A DNA stretch of 64,000 bases, taken from assembly GCF_964355755.1 (NCBI RefSeq), contig NC_092674.1, positions 11,532,001 to 11,596,000 of the forward strand, read 5' to 3'. The stretch comes from Antedon mediterranea. Its lineage: Eukaryota; Animalia; Echinodermata. Within the stretch, counting starts at the first letter, position 1. The number at the start of each line of letters is the position of its first letter. This document shows, piece by piece, positions 1-12,700 of this stretch. A program made the translations under genes and the position numbers. The notes beneath the pieces are model-generated. The model did not search any database. It saw nothing but the letters and a program-made list of their open reading frames with translations, and was not told where the DNA came from.

Positions 1-181
1 CAATCCTTAACTAATGATAACACATGTGATACACACAAGATGCTATATTACCAAATGTTTCCATGATACTGGGCAAATTTTGTCGTACGTGGAGATACGG
101 TCCCGAGAGACATGTATTTTGGATTGAAACAACAAGAATTTTCTCATATTGAAATTTTATTATGACACATTTCGTATTCAC

Positions 182-1177
182 CTTTCGTAAAATGTCTCCT
201 ATTATGTGCATGGGATAATTCACTTGCAAAAACACCTGTAAAGAAAAATAAAGATGATTTTATTTGGTCTAAATTAAAATTTATAAACGATATCAATTGT
301 AAGACAAGACAAGATGTTTAGGCCTATGTCTATTACCAGTTATTTTAATCATGTTTGTTTTGAGAAATTGTTTTTAAAATATTCAAACACAACATAACCT
401 TCAGTAATCTAACTTACTGATATTAATCCAATTGCCCGTGCTGCACCAGCGATCAGTGGCCATTCCATGTGATTATGCCCAATAATAGCTATGTAATCGC
501 CTTTACTAAGACCAATATCCAGTAGACCAGACGCTAATTCCTCTACCTAAAAAGTCAGTTCAACTTGATATTACCAAATCTCAGAAAATGAATTCGTAGT
601 AGCAAATATATAATTTCTAGAAATGGAATCAATTGTTAGTGCTCGTGCTTTGTATAGGGTTACATTATCATGTGGCCGTGGCTTATTATTCACCACCACG
701 AAGGCTCCATCAAGATTATAGACAATGCGACAAAATAATAATATTTAAATCTGTTAAATATAGAGTAATGACTGATAATAACAGCGTTCCATTGAGCTAT
801 CTATTTAACTTCAGCTATTTTCTTCAAATCTCTCATTATATAGGTTAAAAAAAAGATTCTCAATATTTACTTTTGTTCGATTTACAAAAATCATTAAGGA
901 TAATTTAACTATTTAAAACATATTGTAATAGCATAAGGCAATTATAATTATCAATAAGTGTGAGGTTAGTTAAACAATCCTAAAAAGAAAAGCATTAGGG
1001 CCTATAATATGTAAATTAACCTCTTAGATGAGTGTATACCTTTCGATGGAAATCCAAAAAATTCAATCTCTCATTATCACTAACAAACACATACATTTCT
1101 CTGTCAGGATGCATTTTAACCCGTTCTTCTAGCAACTCATGCATAGAACGTCTGATAGCAGTAGAGGTTTCCATCAT
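182..1177 (-). CDS. 5' part (coding exons 1-3) of ACSF2-like acyl-CoA synthetase, paralog A; gene continues beyond the window start
   Basis: GT-AG exons 1177-1040 (MMETSTAIRRSMHELLEERVKMHPDREMYVFVSDNERLNFLDFHRK), 546-418 (VEELASGLLDIGLSKGDYIAIIGHNHMEWPLIAGAARAIGLIS) and 235-182 (VFLQVNYPMHIIGDILRK). They are near-identical to exons at 24475-24338, 22895-22767 and 22567-22514. Confidence 0.88.
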
Positions 1178-2230
1178 AGATTCTAAAAAAAATAGAGTTC
1201 CATTCCATGTTCGTTAATTTAGAGTTTTATATTTCTCTTTTATATTATTATTCAGAACAAAATACACAATTGTTGCATCCACATGAGTACTGTATTTATT
1301 TGACATAGGCTTGCTAATGCGTGACGATAATCTAACGTGACGGTTACAATGTTCCTATATAATTACTTCTTTCTAGGAATTCTCCGCCACGCCCAAGTTC
1401 ACATATCACGATTAACTGAAATTTTAACAAAACATCTATAAAAGTAAAGACTCAATAGTTACTACAATAGTTTCATTAAGATGATATGCCTGCCTCCTAA
1501 TCTTATGTATATATAAGTATACGCTTACCGAAAGTAGGCCTAAGCAACCAAAGTAATACACTAGCATCCCACTGATGTCTCCATTAACCACCATTTTCTT
1601 GTACTAACTGACTGACCTTGGCCACAGAACACAGTGAGCTAATTTGCATAATAATGCCACCTGCGAGCACTACAAACTAGCCAATCAGCAAGGAGTCACT
1701 CAAGTGGAACAATGAGCTAACTTGGCTTCATAGAGCCACACAATAAATAAAGTACAGTAAATTAATAGTAAAACTTCTTAATTTGGCCTTTACAATTATG
1801 TTTATCAAGTAAGTTAAGAAATGCTAAGAAATTAATATACAGAAAATGAATACGCTAAAATATGATTATGTTTAGAAAAGAATATGCAAAACTATGATTA
1901 TGTTAAGAAATGAATTTGTTAAAATTATGTCTTAAGTTAAGAAATGAATACGTTAAGAAAATAGTACAACACAGACTAATATCACCAAACTTGTATAACA
2001 GAATGGAAAAACTTACTCTTCATACATATATATATATACATATATATGATAGATTGTACCAGTAAAACAACAATAAATGAATGTATTAAGAAAGAATACG
2101 TTAAGAAAAATTAATATGCAAAGACTTGAATACGTTAAGAAATGAACATGTTAATGAATATGTTAAGATATCAATATTATGAAATTTCATTATGAAACGA
2201 ATATATTTTAGTACTAAAAGACAAAAATAA

Positions 2231-2540
2231 CAAGTAAGTTAAGAACGTAACGCAACGTGATTTGACAAATCACAAATCAGAAGCTAACCAAGTAAGTTAA
2301 GAACGTAACGCAACGTGATTTGACAAATCAGAAGCTAACCAAGTAAGTTAAGAACGTAACGCAACGTGATTTGACAAATCAGAAGCTAACCAAGTAAGTT
2401 AAGAACGTAAAGCAACGTGATTTGACAAATCAGAAACTAACCAAGTAAGTTAAGAACGTAACGCAACGTGATTTGACAAATCAGAATCTAACCAAATAAG
2501 TTAAGAACGTAACGCAACGTGATTTGACAAATCAGAAGCG
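2231..2540. repeat. 51-bp minisatellite, ~6 copies (CAAGTAAGTTAAGAACGTAACGCAACGTGATTTGACAAATCAGAAGCTAAC)
   Basis: Head-to-tail near-identical units with no spacers. The paralogous array is at 24610-25035. Confidence 0.95.
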
Positions 2541-2622
2541 ATGAATGACTGAACTCACGCGTCTACGTCCATGTGCTGTGTATTTAGGGGGGACCAACAT
2601 TTACACACTAGAATTTAAAATA

Positions 2623-3943
2623 CTAGATGGTACGCTCGCTTCGCTCGCGTACCATCTAGGTCGTGCCCACAGATGGTTCTCGAATACACAGTAATTTCAG
2701 GGTAAAACAACTGGCGATTTCAAATGCACGTACCGCAGGACTAATACATTGTCGTTTACAGAAACGAATAAGTAGACACAATGATTTATGTAGTCAACCA
2801 AAATTAGCACCCTGGCAATTACTTCCGAAAGAGAAACTTATAGGCCTACCACAAAATGAGTCCAAATTGTTTATTCATTTAAAGAAACCCAATTAGGGTT
2901 GAGGGATGGGAAAGAGGATAGGTACAAAGAGGAACAATTTTTAAATATATTCTTTATCCACATCAGTAACGAAATATTGTTTTCATTTTTTATAGGCCTA
3001 TAAATAATATACCACTAACGGTGACTAAATATAGTAAAACATTTGCGATTTAATACTTTGTTAAAACTGTCACTCATAGTCGATTGAAATAGTAAAGTAC
3101 ATGTAACGATACACCACTACGACGTTTATATTTTTTGTAATTATTAATTAATGCAAACGTTGAGAAGCAACTGTCAGTAATAAAGTTTATTTGTATATTA
3201 CGTGTTTATATATCTAACAGTAGAGCCTATCCACAATCACAGTAATAAAGTTTATTTGTATATGTTTTTTTACATCTAACAGTATTCACAGTAAGAAATG
3301 TTTGTATATATTTTTTTACATCTAACAGTATTCACAGTAAGAAATGTTCGATTCAAATGAAGACCAAAAATGGTTAATAGGTATTTGCAGTACTGTATTG
3401 TCGAAGTATTGCAAGTTTATTCTCCAAGGGCTCATAAATTTACCTACTTGTGTTAAACCAAACTGGCAGACTGAGAGATTGGAATGTTCCATTCATCGCA
3501 AATCAATACATTTGTAAAAACGTATATTAAATCTATCAAAATAGTATTTTTTAAAGAAAATCGGCCTGTCTTCAACATTATGATTCTGTACTCGAGCTGT
3601 TCAACCGGTTTTCAGCTATTAAAAACAATTATCGTAGGAGGAGATAGGAAAATGCGAAGCGTCCTCGTATTATTGTGTGCGGGTATTTTTCAAGTTGGAC
3701 ATCCATTAGACAGTGTATACCACGATCGGAAAACACCCCTATTTGGGGCAAATCGTTGAACCTAAATTCGTTTTAATCGTCAATAACTAATTATCTAACT
3801 CAATTTAATTAGTAAACAGGGTTACATCAGGTGGTTAAAATCAGTACCGAAAGTACGAACCAACTTTATATACCATCGAGTAAAAATTTTAGAAGTAAGG
3901 CGCGATTTACCGAATTTTGCCCTTACGTAAATTTATATATAGA
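2623..3943 (-). mobile_element. Non-autonomous Helitron (rolling-circle transposon)
   Basis: On the minus strand it starts TCTATATATAAAT and ends in a hairpin plus CTAG (palindrome CTAGATGGTACGC...GCGTACCATCTAG, 2623-2659). It sits between A and T with no TSD, is absent from the paralogous intron (~29120), and has a second copy at 46346-48892. Confidence 0.85.
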
Positions 3944-4255
3944 TTCCAACTGACTATTGATACGTTAATGTACTGCTTTTTTAGTAGATTTAGAAATTAA
4001 TTCCAGTGCTGGATTTACGGATTTAAAAAATAGCGGACGAATTTAATATCAGTTCACGTGAAATTATCACACTATGTTTATGGTAACACACTGAGATAAA
4101 TATGTCGGTGGGTGTATCGATGGACGATAAATGTAATATTTCTACAGAAAAAAAAATTATAACTATATGATAACAATTCTGTGAATTCGCCTTTGTTAAT
4201 TTGCCTAAATGTGGAAAAAAGGAAAAAAGACATTTACATTGTTAAAAAAACTCAC

Positions 4256-4414
4256 AATTTGCTCTCAATGAAACCGTGAATGCAAATGTATAGGCCTAAC
4301 TGTGCAGCATCGATGTCCAAATATCACAACACAGACAATTATCACCAAACTTGTATAACAGAATGGAAAAACTTACTCTTCATACATATATATACATGAT
4401 ACGATTGTACCAGT
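4256..4414 (-). promoter_or_regulatory. Putative non-coding first exon/promoter region of paralog A
   Basis: A GTGAG donor (plus-strand CTCAC, 4251-4255) is conserved with paralog B (~29284). Coding exon 1 has an acceptor just before its ATG, so an upstream UTR exon is required. Confidence 0.5.
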
Positions 4415-5025
4415 ATAATTTACAGAATATTAAAACATATGGCGTTATTTAAATTATCCCGCCACTTTCCAGTTATTCAAATTCAAATATTCTTTATTCA
4501 TCCTCTATCATGAAAATATACAACAACAATATATGAGAACATAAAAAAGATGAAAAGGAAACACATAAAAACTCAAAAGAGCTTGATTAGTTGTGTCCCC
4601 CTAAGTCCCTAACTAGCCTAAAAAACTAAAACATAAATAATAAAAAAGCTAAATCAGCTAAATAAATAAAATAAGTTATTATATTTATACAATGTATAAT
4701 TTTTCTTTCATGGCAGCCAACGTTTGCAATTGTTTACAGAGATAAAAAACATTAAACTATATCAAAGAGTTATCAATAGAGAAAGGCCAAATTGAGTAAA
4801 GAAAAACACCCCATTCAATTATTTAGGTTGATTTTAGTATTACCATATATCATATGGTGGGCGTGGATGCGACATCTATTTTCATCGCCTTCTCAGGCAG
4901 AAATCCTGAATAATTCATGAGATAAATTATGGAAATAAATTAGGACATTAAACTGAACTTTATTGTATCTCTTAAATCAGAGGCACAGTCTCAATGGGAC
5001 TCATGCAGCGCTTGTAAATTCACTT

Positions 5026-5062
5026 GCACTGATGAAGGGCTAGTGTTGCTTGGAAGCTCTGC
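5026..5062 (+). ncRNA. Degenerate minimal hammerhead-ribozyme-like motif (Penelope-like element type)
   Basis: GCA-CTGATGA-AGGGC...GCTT-GGAA-GCTC-TGC matches the CUGAUGA..stem II..GAAA..UH core, with GAAA changed to GGAA. Confidence 0.45.
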
Positions 5063-5613
5063 TAACTTTTCCGGCTGTTTTACTTTATCATTTTGACTTA
5101 GCTTTTCGTTTTTTTTGTATCTCCATTATATCTAACATTATTTTTATTCACGAAGCAAGATCTCCGAAGAGATACTTTTATATATATAAACACAACAGGC
5201 AAAGAACATTAATTCCAAGACATACTAATATTTAATTAATTTAGGTATATATTTGGCCAAATTTTGAAAAAGTACTTTGATATCAGCAGTTGATGAGCTT
5301 TGATGTGACATTTAGCCTTCCATCTGTTGTAAATCCACTATCAAAACCACAAAAGACCCGACCCTTATTTTTTAATCAACCTTATTGATCTCGACAATAT
5401 CCAGGTAGATACACTAGACCTATCTTCATAATAACGTTTCATCTATTTTATTAATAAGGGATTCATCGTTCCTTTGAAATGTAAAATCAACAGATTTAGA
5501 AAATCATTTGTATATTCTAAACAGAATTTATTTTTATATTTTAGGTTTTATGTATGCCATGAGAATTTTTATTTATTTTTTTTCTTAAAAATAATGTTTG
5601 TATAAAAATTGAT

Positions 5614-5720
5614 TTCCCCAGGAGAGGATCGAACTCTCGACCTCCGCATTACCTACAAGTAAGGGCGAAGCCATGTACTGTCTATAAGTACGGCGCGCTA
5701 ACCGACTGAGCCACTGGGGA
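5614..5720 (-). tRNA. tRNA-Ile(TAT) with 33-nt intron
   Basis: Cloverleaf with acceptor TCCCCAG/CTGGGGA, A box TGGCTCAGTCGG, anticodon arm CCGTA-CTTATA^A-TGCGG and B box GTTCGATCC. Confidence 0.92.
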
Positions 5721-5954
5721 ACATATACCTGTGTAAAATCTCAATACAAAAACACTTTTGTTTAGTATTACGTAATATGGACTAAAACAATTATTTACAA
5801 AATATATTCATTAGGTAAAATATTAAGTTTTATGCTAAATGACAATGATCAGGTAAATCGCATACTATTATTATAAGGTAGTATGATTCCACTTATCAGG
5901 GTTTATTTTTATTTTTTTTTTTTTCTTAAAAATAATGTTTGTATAAAAATTGAT

Positions 5955-6061
5955 TTCCCCAGGAGAGGATCGAACTCTCGACCTCCGCATTACCTACAAG
6001 TAAGGGCGAAGCCAGGTACTGTTTATAAGTACGGCGCGCTAACCGACTGAGCCACTGGGGA
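5955..6061 (-). tRNA. tRNA-Ile(TAT) with 33-nt intron
   Basis: Same cloverleaf, in a ~340-bp tandem unit. Confidence 0.92.
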
Positions 6062-6324
6062 ACATATAGGTATACCTGTGTAAAATCTCAATATAACAAA
6101 ACGTTTGTTTAGTATTACGTAATATGCCCTAAAACAATTATTTACAGAATATATTAATTAGGTAAGTTATGTTAAGTTTTATGCTAAATGACAATGATCA
6201 GATAAACCGCATACTATTATTATAAGGTATTATAAGGTATATTATTATTATATAGGTCCTAATTCCACTTATCAGTGTTTATTTGTATTTTTTTTCTGAA
6301 AAATAATTTTTGTATAAAAAAAAA

Positions 6325-6431
6325 TTCCCCAGGAGAGGATCGAAACCTCGACCTCCGCATTACCTACCAGTAAGGGCGAAGCCATGTACTGTTTATAAGT
6401 ACGGCGCGCTAACCGACTGAGCCACTGGAGA
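6325..6431 (-). tRNA. tRNA-Ile(TAT) variant, likely pseudogene (T-arm/B-box altered)
   Basis: The T arm reads GAGGTTTCGA instead of GAGAGTTCGA and the acceptor is TCTCCAG. The upstream flank is replaced by a Penelope-like RT fragment. Confidence 0.75.
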
Positions 6432-6441
6432 ACATATACCC

Positions 6442-6830
6442 GTGAAGGATCACCAAAAACAAAACCAATTATCTCTTCAACTTGGCAACTCGTTTACATT
6501 TGTAAATCATCTGAAACAACTAAACAAGTTTATGGTCTCGTTTGACGTACAAAATCTTTTTAGAAATATATCATTAGAAGAGTCGATTGATCTGGCAGTT
6601 AAGTACATGTCAAAAAATGAGGAATGTAATAATAACATCGAAGAAATGATTGATGCTTCCAACTTCAGGAACTCATTTTGTTCACAATAATGCATATTAT
6701 CAACAAATTGATGGGTTCACCTCTAGCAACCATATTAGCTAATTTATTCATGAGTCACAATGAGGAAAAATGGCTAAGCTTAAAACTGTAACATCAGTAT
6801 TTAGGATGAAAACTTACACTGGTCTCATAT
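6442..6830 (+). mobile_element. Penelope-like retroelement reverse transcriptase fragment (degenerate)
   Basis: MVSFDVQNLFRNISLEESIDLA, followed in shifted frames by YYQQIDG..SPLATILANLFMSHNEEKWL, which are typical PLE RT motifs. Confidence 0.75.
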
Positions 6831-8889
6831 TAGGATATTTTTTTCAATCTCAGGCAACATTTTAAGTGACTATGCCTAAGATTATTACAAAATATATCAT
6901 AGTTTGCATATCAGACAATGTTTTCCAATAAAGTTGGTTTTTGAATTCACTACTTTCACATTTAATTAATTCAAATAAAAAAATACTAGTCAATGTGTGT
7001 TTCCAAACGGAAAGTATAGTTGAGAATGGCTCCACGTTCCGGTTGCAATGCTACAGTCGTCTTCTTCAGAATATTGGCAAGTAGAGATGTGTAGGGTATT
7101 AAATTAACAAAGTCTAAGGAAGGTGATTGGTCTACACAAGAAATTAGAACGCGAAACTTCCCAGTTTTAACATATTTTCATACCCACTCTTTGACCCACA
7201 AATACACATAAGAACGAGGGGTCCGGTAATAATTAATAATGATAGGAATAAAAGAAATATTGTTCATTTTATTTTTTGATTTGTTGTGCATGAGTATGTT
7301 TAAATATTTATATTTCTATATATTATTCTGTATATTTAAAAAGTAAGATGATTTCAAATATGTTTTTTATTATAGACCCTACACGTAAATTTAATACATA
7401 TATTGAATGGGAATTATCAGACAAACAAAACACTCAATAAACACACCAGATGTGCAAGAAATTATATATTACAAAAGTCAATCTATATGCCTACTTATCA
7501 ATTGGTAAAAGGTTAATTATTAGTGCTACGTTACTGGTATTCTTCTGACTTTGAATTGGCTTCTATTTAAATAGCAAACACCTCTTAGTAACGAGACTAT
7601 TGTAAAAACAAATCGAGAATAAACCTTGTTGTCTTCTTGTTTTATGTTTACTTGCTCCTATTGCGTTTTCCATTAAGTCTGTAATTGTCGTGTAATTACA
7701 TAAACCAATTAGGAACATTTATCTATTTCTTGCATTAAGTATTAACTTCTTAAATGAATAAACACATCGCAATACACTACTATTTTGTCTTAAAGTGCAT
7801 CAATTGTGCAATCATTTTCGAATTCAATATTTGACAGTTATACAACCAGCATAAGTGTACGCCTAATTATGATAAGGTAATTCAGACAGTGACATTATTG
7901 TTAGCACTGGTACCGTACTTTAACAGCTACCAACCAAATGTTCATTTATTTGTGTCAACAGCAATAACATCATGTAAATACTACTTATTATTATAAACAA
8001 TATAAAATTTCAAAATGAAATATTCTGTTTAAGGTATTTCAAAGCCGAATGTGGCTGTGTAAGATAATATGCTTAAAAAATAACAACGAAAACGTATAGG
8101 GTATATACAATATAAAATACTATAAATGAAATATCAAATAAAATGTTATAACAATAAATATATCTACATTCTAATCTAAAATTTAATTCAATTGAATAGT
8201 TAGAATGATGAAGAAATATTAAATGATTTAAAATTTTTTAAACGATACAATATTTTATTTTAATTATGGTAATTCAATACATGTAGGCGCCCTATCATTA
8301 TTCTAGTTATGTTTAAGTTATATTTATTACATTTTTTATGGTGGCATCCAGTCACTTCAATAAAGAACCTGATGATCATTGGGCCCTCGATAAAACATAC
8401 AAATACACACAATCACATACAATATTGGATATTCAATACAAATGTATAGCATATAAAATATGTATATTAAAATTTGTTGAAAATATAATATTCAAAAAAA
8501 TCATCTACAAGTAAATTGTTAAAATAGTTCAACAGCTAATAAAAAAAGAAGTACAGATAGAGGGCATCCTTGTCTGATGCCACCATTCATATTAAAACTT
8601 TTGATAACCAGCCATTTTTTGTAGTAATAGACTCACTTTGAAAGAAAGAAACATTTGTTAAAGATCGTGATATGTCGTTATTCAAAAAGAGAACAGGATC
8701 GAGACCACTTCCTTGTGGTATTTCGATTTCAATGTTTCTTGTTTCTTGTTTCTGATATTATCTGATATACCTTATCATATTTTACAACCTGTTTTCTTTC
8801 ACTAACGTAATTTTCAAACCATTTAGTTTCATTATTCATAATACCGTAGTTGCGTATTTTTCCCCAATATAAGGAGTGGGGTTGGTGAG

Positions 8890-9170
8890 CATCATGCCAA
8901 AATACGCAAAAAAATTGCCAAAATACGCTATGCTTTGCCAAAATACGCAAATCATGCCAAAATTTTCAAATCTGCTTTGCAAAAATACGCAAATCATGGC
9001 AACATACGCAATTTGAGGGCGCTATGCTTTTCCAAAACACGCAAATAATGCCAAAATACGCAAATCTGTTTTGCCAAAATACGCAAATCTTCTTTGCCAA
9101 AATACACAAATCATGCCAAAATACGCAAATTGAGGGCGCTATGCTTTGCCAAAAGACACTAGAAACATGA
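8890..9170. repeat. Degenerate ~20-bp minisatellite (TGCCAAAATACGCAAATC)
   Basis: Repeated GCCAAAATACGCAAAT units. Confidence 0.8.
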
Positions 9171-9734
9171 CAAACTACCGAAATTGGTCTATAGTTACTT
9201 AAAATATTTTTGTCACCCTTACCTTTGTATGTAGGAGTGGTTTTTGAAATATTCCAATATATGTTCTTCGTTTATTTTTTTTTATATTTCTAAAAGTAAT
9301 TGTTTTTATTGTTTTTATTTACATGTTCCCAAACATGTACAAATTAAGGAGTGGCTTTATGAGCGACTTCAGTTAGTACATGGCATGCTTCCACCACCAC
9401 CAGACATAACGAAAAAAAGAAATTATGGCAAAGAGAGAAAATTGTTGAAGATAACCTAAAGTATGTTTGGATCCATCATCCTAATTTTCTATGGCTATTC
9501 AATTTTACCGCAGAAAGTTTTAACTTTTAATGCTTAACCTTTGTATGCTATTCTTCAACAGAAAGCTAATTTATATTCGAAGTAATCAACTATTCATAAT
9601 TGTATTTTAACTGATAATCATATGCCTATCATAATTAATATTATCTATAGTATACACCCCAACAGTCTAAATTTGATTATTAGTATCTTGTTAATATTAT
9701 TTGTGTAAGGTCAACAAGAATAAACATAACTATT

Positions 9735-12700
9735 TTAAGTTTCATATGGGGAAGTTGGTACGGTGATCCTTTCGATGGCCATCCCTCTAAGCTTCTTACG
9801 ATCAATCTTGAAAAAGAAAAAATCATAATCAATGAAGACAGCGTTATGTACCGTATTAATTTATTAACAATACATAACAAATAATAATGTTTATCATTTG
9901 GTTGCACAAGCCAATACAAATTGTTTGAATACCTTTCCTGTAAAACCTTTTGGAAACTCATCAAATTGTAAGCAGTATTTTGGCAGGTAATTTATAAGGA
10001 ACTGTAAGACATAATCAACATTATCTTTATTAATGTTCAATACAACATTACATGTATAACAAAAATTGGTTTCTGGATAAAGCAACGCAACATCTTTTAA
10101 AAAAAAACATATTTAATGAGGGATCCATCCAGCTATTGCTGATCATTAGGAACCCTCAGAGGTTCACAAGACAAACATATACACAATATCCTCTACATAA
10201 ACTAAGTCTTATTAAAAGTCTTTGAGAGTGGAGTTGTAATTTGGTCCTTAAAAAATCCTGAAATGTGACGGGTCTTGAACCCAGGACCCTTGGAGTGGTA
10301 GCCAAGCACCATAACCACCAAGCCACAACTTAACCTTACAGCTGCAACTTCAGTATGTACATTTATCATATGCTCATTTATGTAATTATAACTGGAATTT
10401 TTTTTATAACTGTGACACTAAAATTATTTAATTTAATAAAAGCGTTGCGGAGATATGGACATTTTGTTTTCAATTGGATTTAAATATTCAAATTGAGGTC
10501 AAAGGTCAAAGAAAAACTTTATAAATTTGATAACATGAGTTTCTATAACTAGCATGGTTAAAAAAATTATAAAATGCAATGCTTGCACTTTCTGTCTGAT
10601 TTGCAGACTAAAATACATTAGGAATGGACTATTTGTGACTTTGTATACAATATATGTATTTCAATGTCAATGGCTACCATTTTTATTTTTGGGCGCCATC
10701 TTGGAACTCACTTTATATAATATTTCCTGAATCGGTTTTACTGACCTCAGAAATTCTTGATTCAGTACGGTACATTATTATTAGTATAGTATTATTACCT
10801 ATTTAAACTTTTACAGCCAGAGATATATGATATACCAATTTACTGGCAGCCATTTTGGATTTTGGCCGCCATCTTAGAAAATCGGAAGCTGATCGGGTGG
10901 CTTCTAGGCAAAAATCAATTAGTAGGTCCATGGAGGTTATACCTCCATGGCAGGTCTAAAAGAAGCCTCATGCCAAATTTGGTGCTTTTGTCCTGTGTAA
11001 CGATTTAGTCGCTAAGCCACCTGACTAATACAGTAAAACCACGAAATGGCTGTAAAGGTGTGCAACCATAATTGTATGCTGTCTTTCTGCAGCCAAAAAA
11101 AATCGACATTGACCGATAAAGTTCGTGTGGAAACTTATAATTTCATTCAAATCAGATAATTATCGGATAAATGCGATGGCAATATCTGCACATGCGCACT
11201 TAAGTTTTAAAATAATTATCTGATTGGTAACCGATAATTGTATTATGACTGCAGAAACACGTCCTTAGAAACTTAACTGACGAAGTCTAGATGGTAGCTA
11301 GACAAAACTGTCTTGACTCTAGTCAAGGTTTTTTCCACTTGGTTTATTATTTAAGAACTCTTTCTTCTTCTTATTTATTTGTTATACATTTATTATTCTA
11401 TTGTAACTAATGGTCATCCTTATCTTTATGTTATAAACAACGTCTTACTCCTACCTTATCAACACAATGTTTTTCTATATCTTCTACTGTAAAAGTACAG
11501 CCTGGATTAAGTCTGGAATTTAATGGAAAATTTTAAAGTAATACCATGGATACAACTCCTTGGTAATACTAATGTAATTGTATGTAACATTTTGTAAAAA
11601 CAAGTCATTTGTTGGGCAGTACACCAGTAATGTACACAGGAAAGTGCCTGGAAAAGCCTTAACAAAATAAATTTTACTAATTTCTATTGATTACTAAGTG
11701 ATGGTAGAATTGTATCATCCTAGCAATATTAAAATATCATACATACAATAAAACAACAAATATTTACATAACACAGGCGCACACGTCCTCTCCATATCTA
11801 TAATCTCGTATCCCCACAATCTAAAGAAAACATTATTCATGACTTTAGATATCATTATGTACTATATGCAATATTCGGACTGAGGACAAATTTCCCTTAT
11901 TTTACAGTATTGTACACTGAATATAAATTTAACACATCTCCGAGATCATACATACAATCATGAATAACATTTTATAACAAACATTGATTTTTTTTGGAAT
12001 ACACTATTAACAAACGTAGACCTTTCAGAGAGTATCCCCTTTTTTGTTCATTGTTGTAAAGAAAGAAATAAAAAGGTTAATAACTAACCACGCAAATGTT
12101 TCTATTTAGTACCAATCTTGCAAAATTGTCTTCACTTATTTTTTTATTTCTTTAAAAACTATTTTGACTATTCTGTGAATCACATTATAATGACCACAAA
12201 CTATGTATTTTTTACAGATTCTAACCTGAATGCTGTTGACAGCTGGATGACTTAAAAGCGCTGTTTCCAATGGAAAAGGGTATATGTTGAAACAACTTCT
12301 GATTATAACGTCCTTAAGAAAAAGAATACCGATAAACTGTAAATAAAGAATCTTTAAGTACATGATTTACAATTATTACTTGTATTGTTTTGTTTGTTAC
12401 AAGTATAGAACTGTACCTGCTTTGTTTAAGCCTGTTTTCCTGTCGACGTTATTCGACGCTATCGTCGTTGATCGTTAATAGTTCAACGACGATCGTTTGA
12501 AAACGATCAAGTTGAAATGATAACGATAGCGAGTACCGTTTTTTGTAAATCGTTACCATTTCAATGTTTACGTAGAAGATCGCTGATTATTGTTAACGAT
12601 AGCGTCGAATAACGTCGACAGGAAACAGGCTTTATATGTTAGCAAATCATACTAATTAGGCAAAGGATTTAAGATACTGTAACACGTTTTGGTTTGTATG

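Noticed and set aside
2231-2540. CRISPR-like regular repeats (also 24610-25035 and 25860-26485)
   Set aside because: The units are contiguous and near-identical with no unique spacers, there are no cas genes, and the context is eukaryotic. These are minisatellites.
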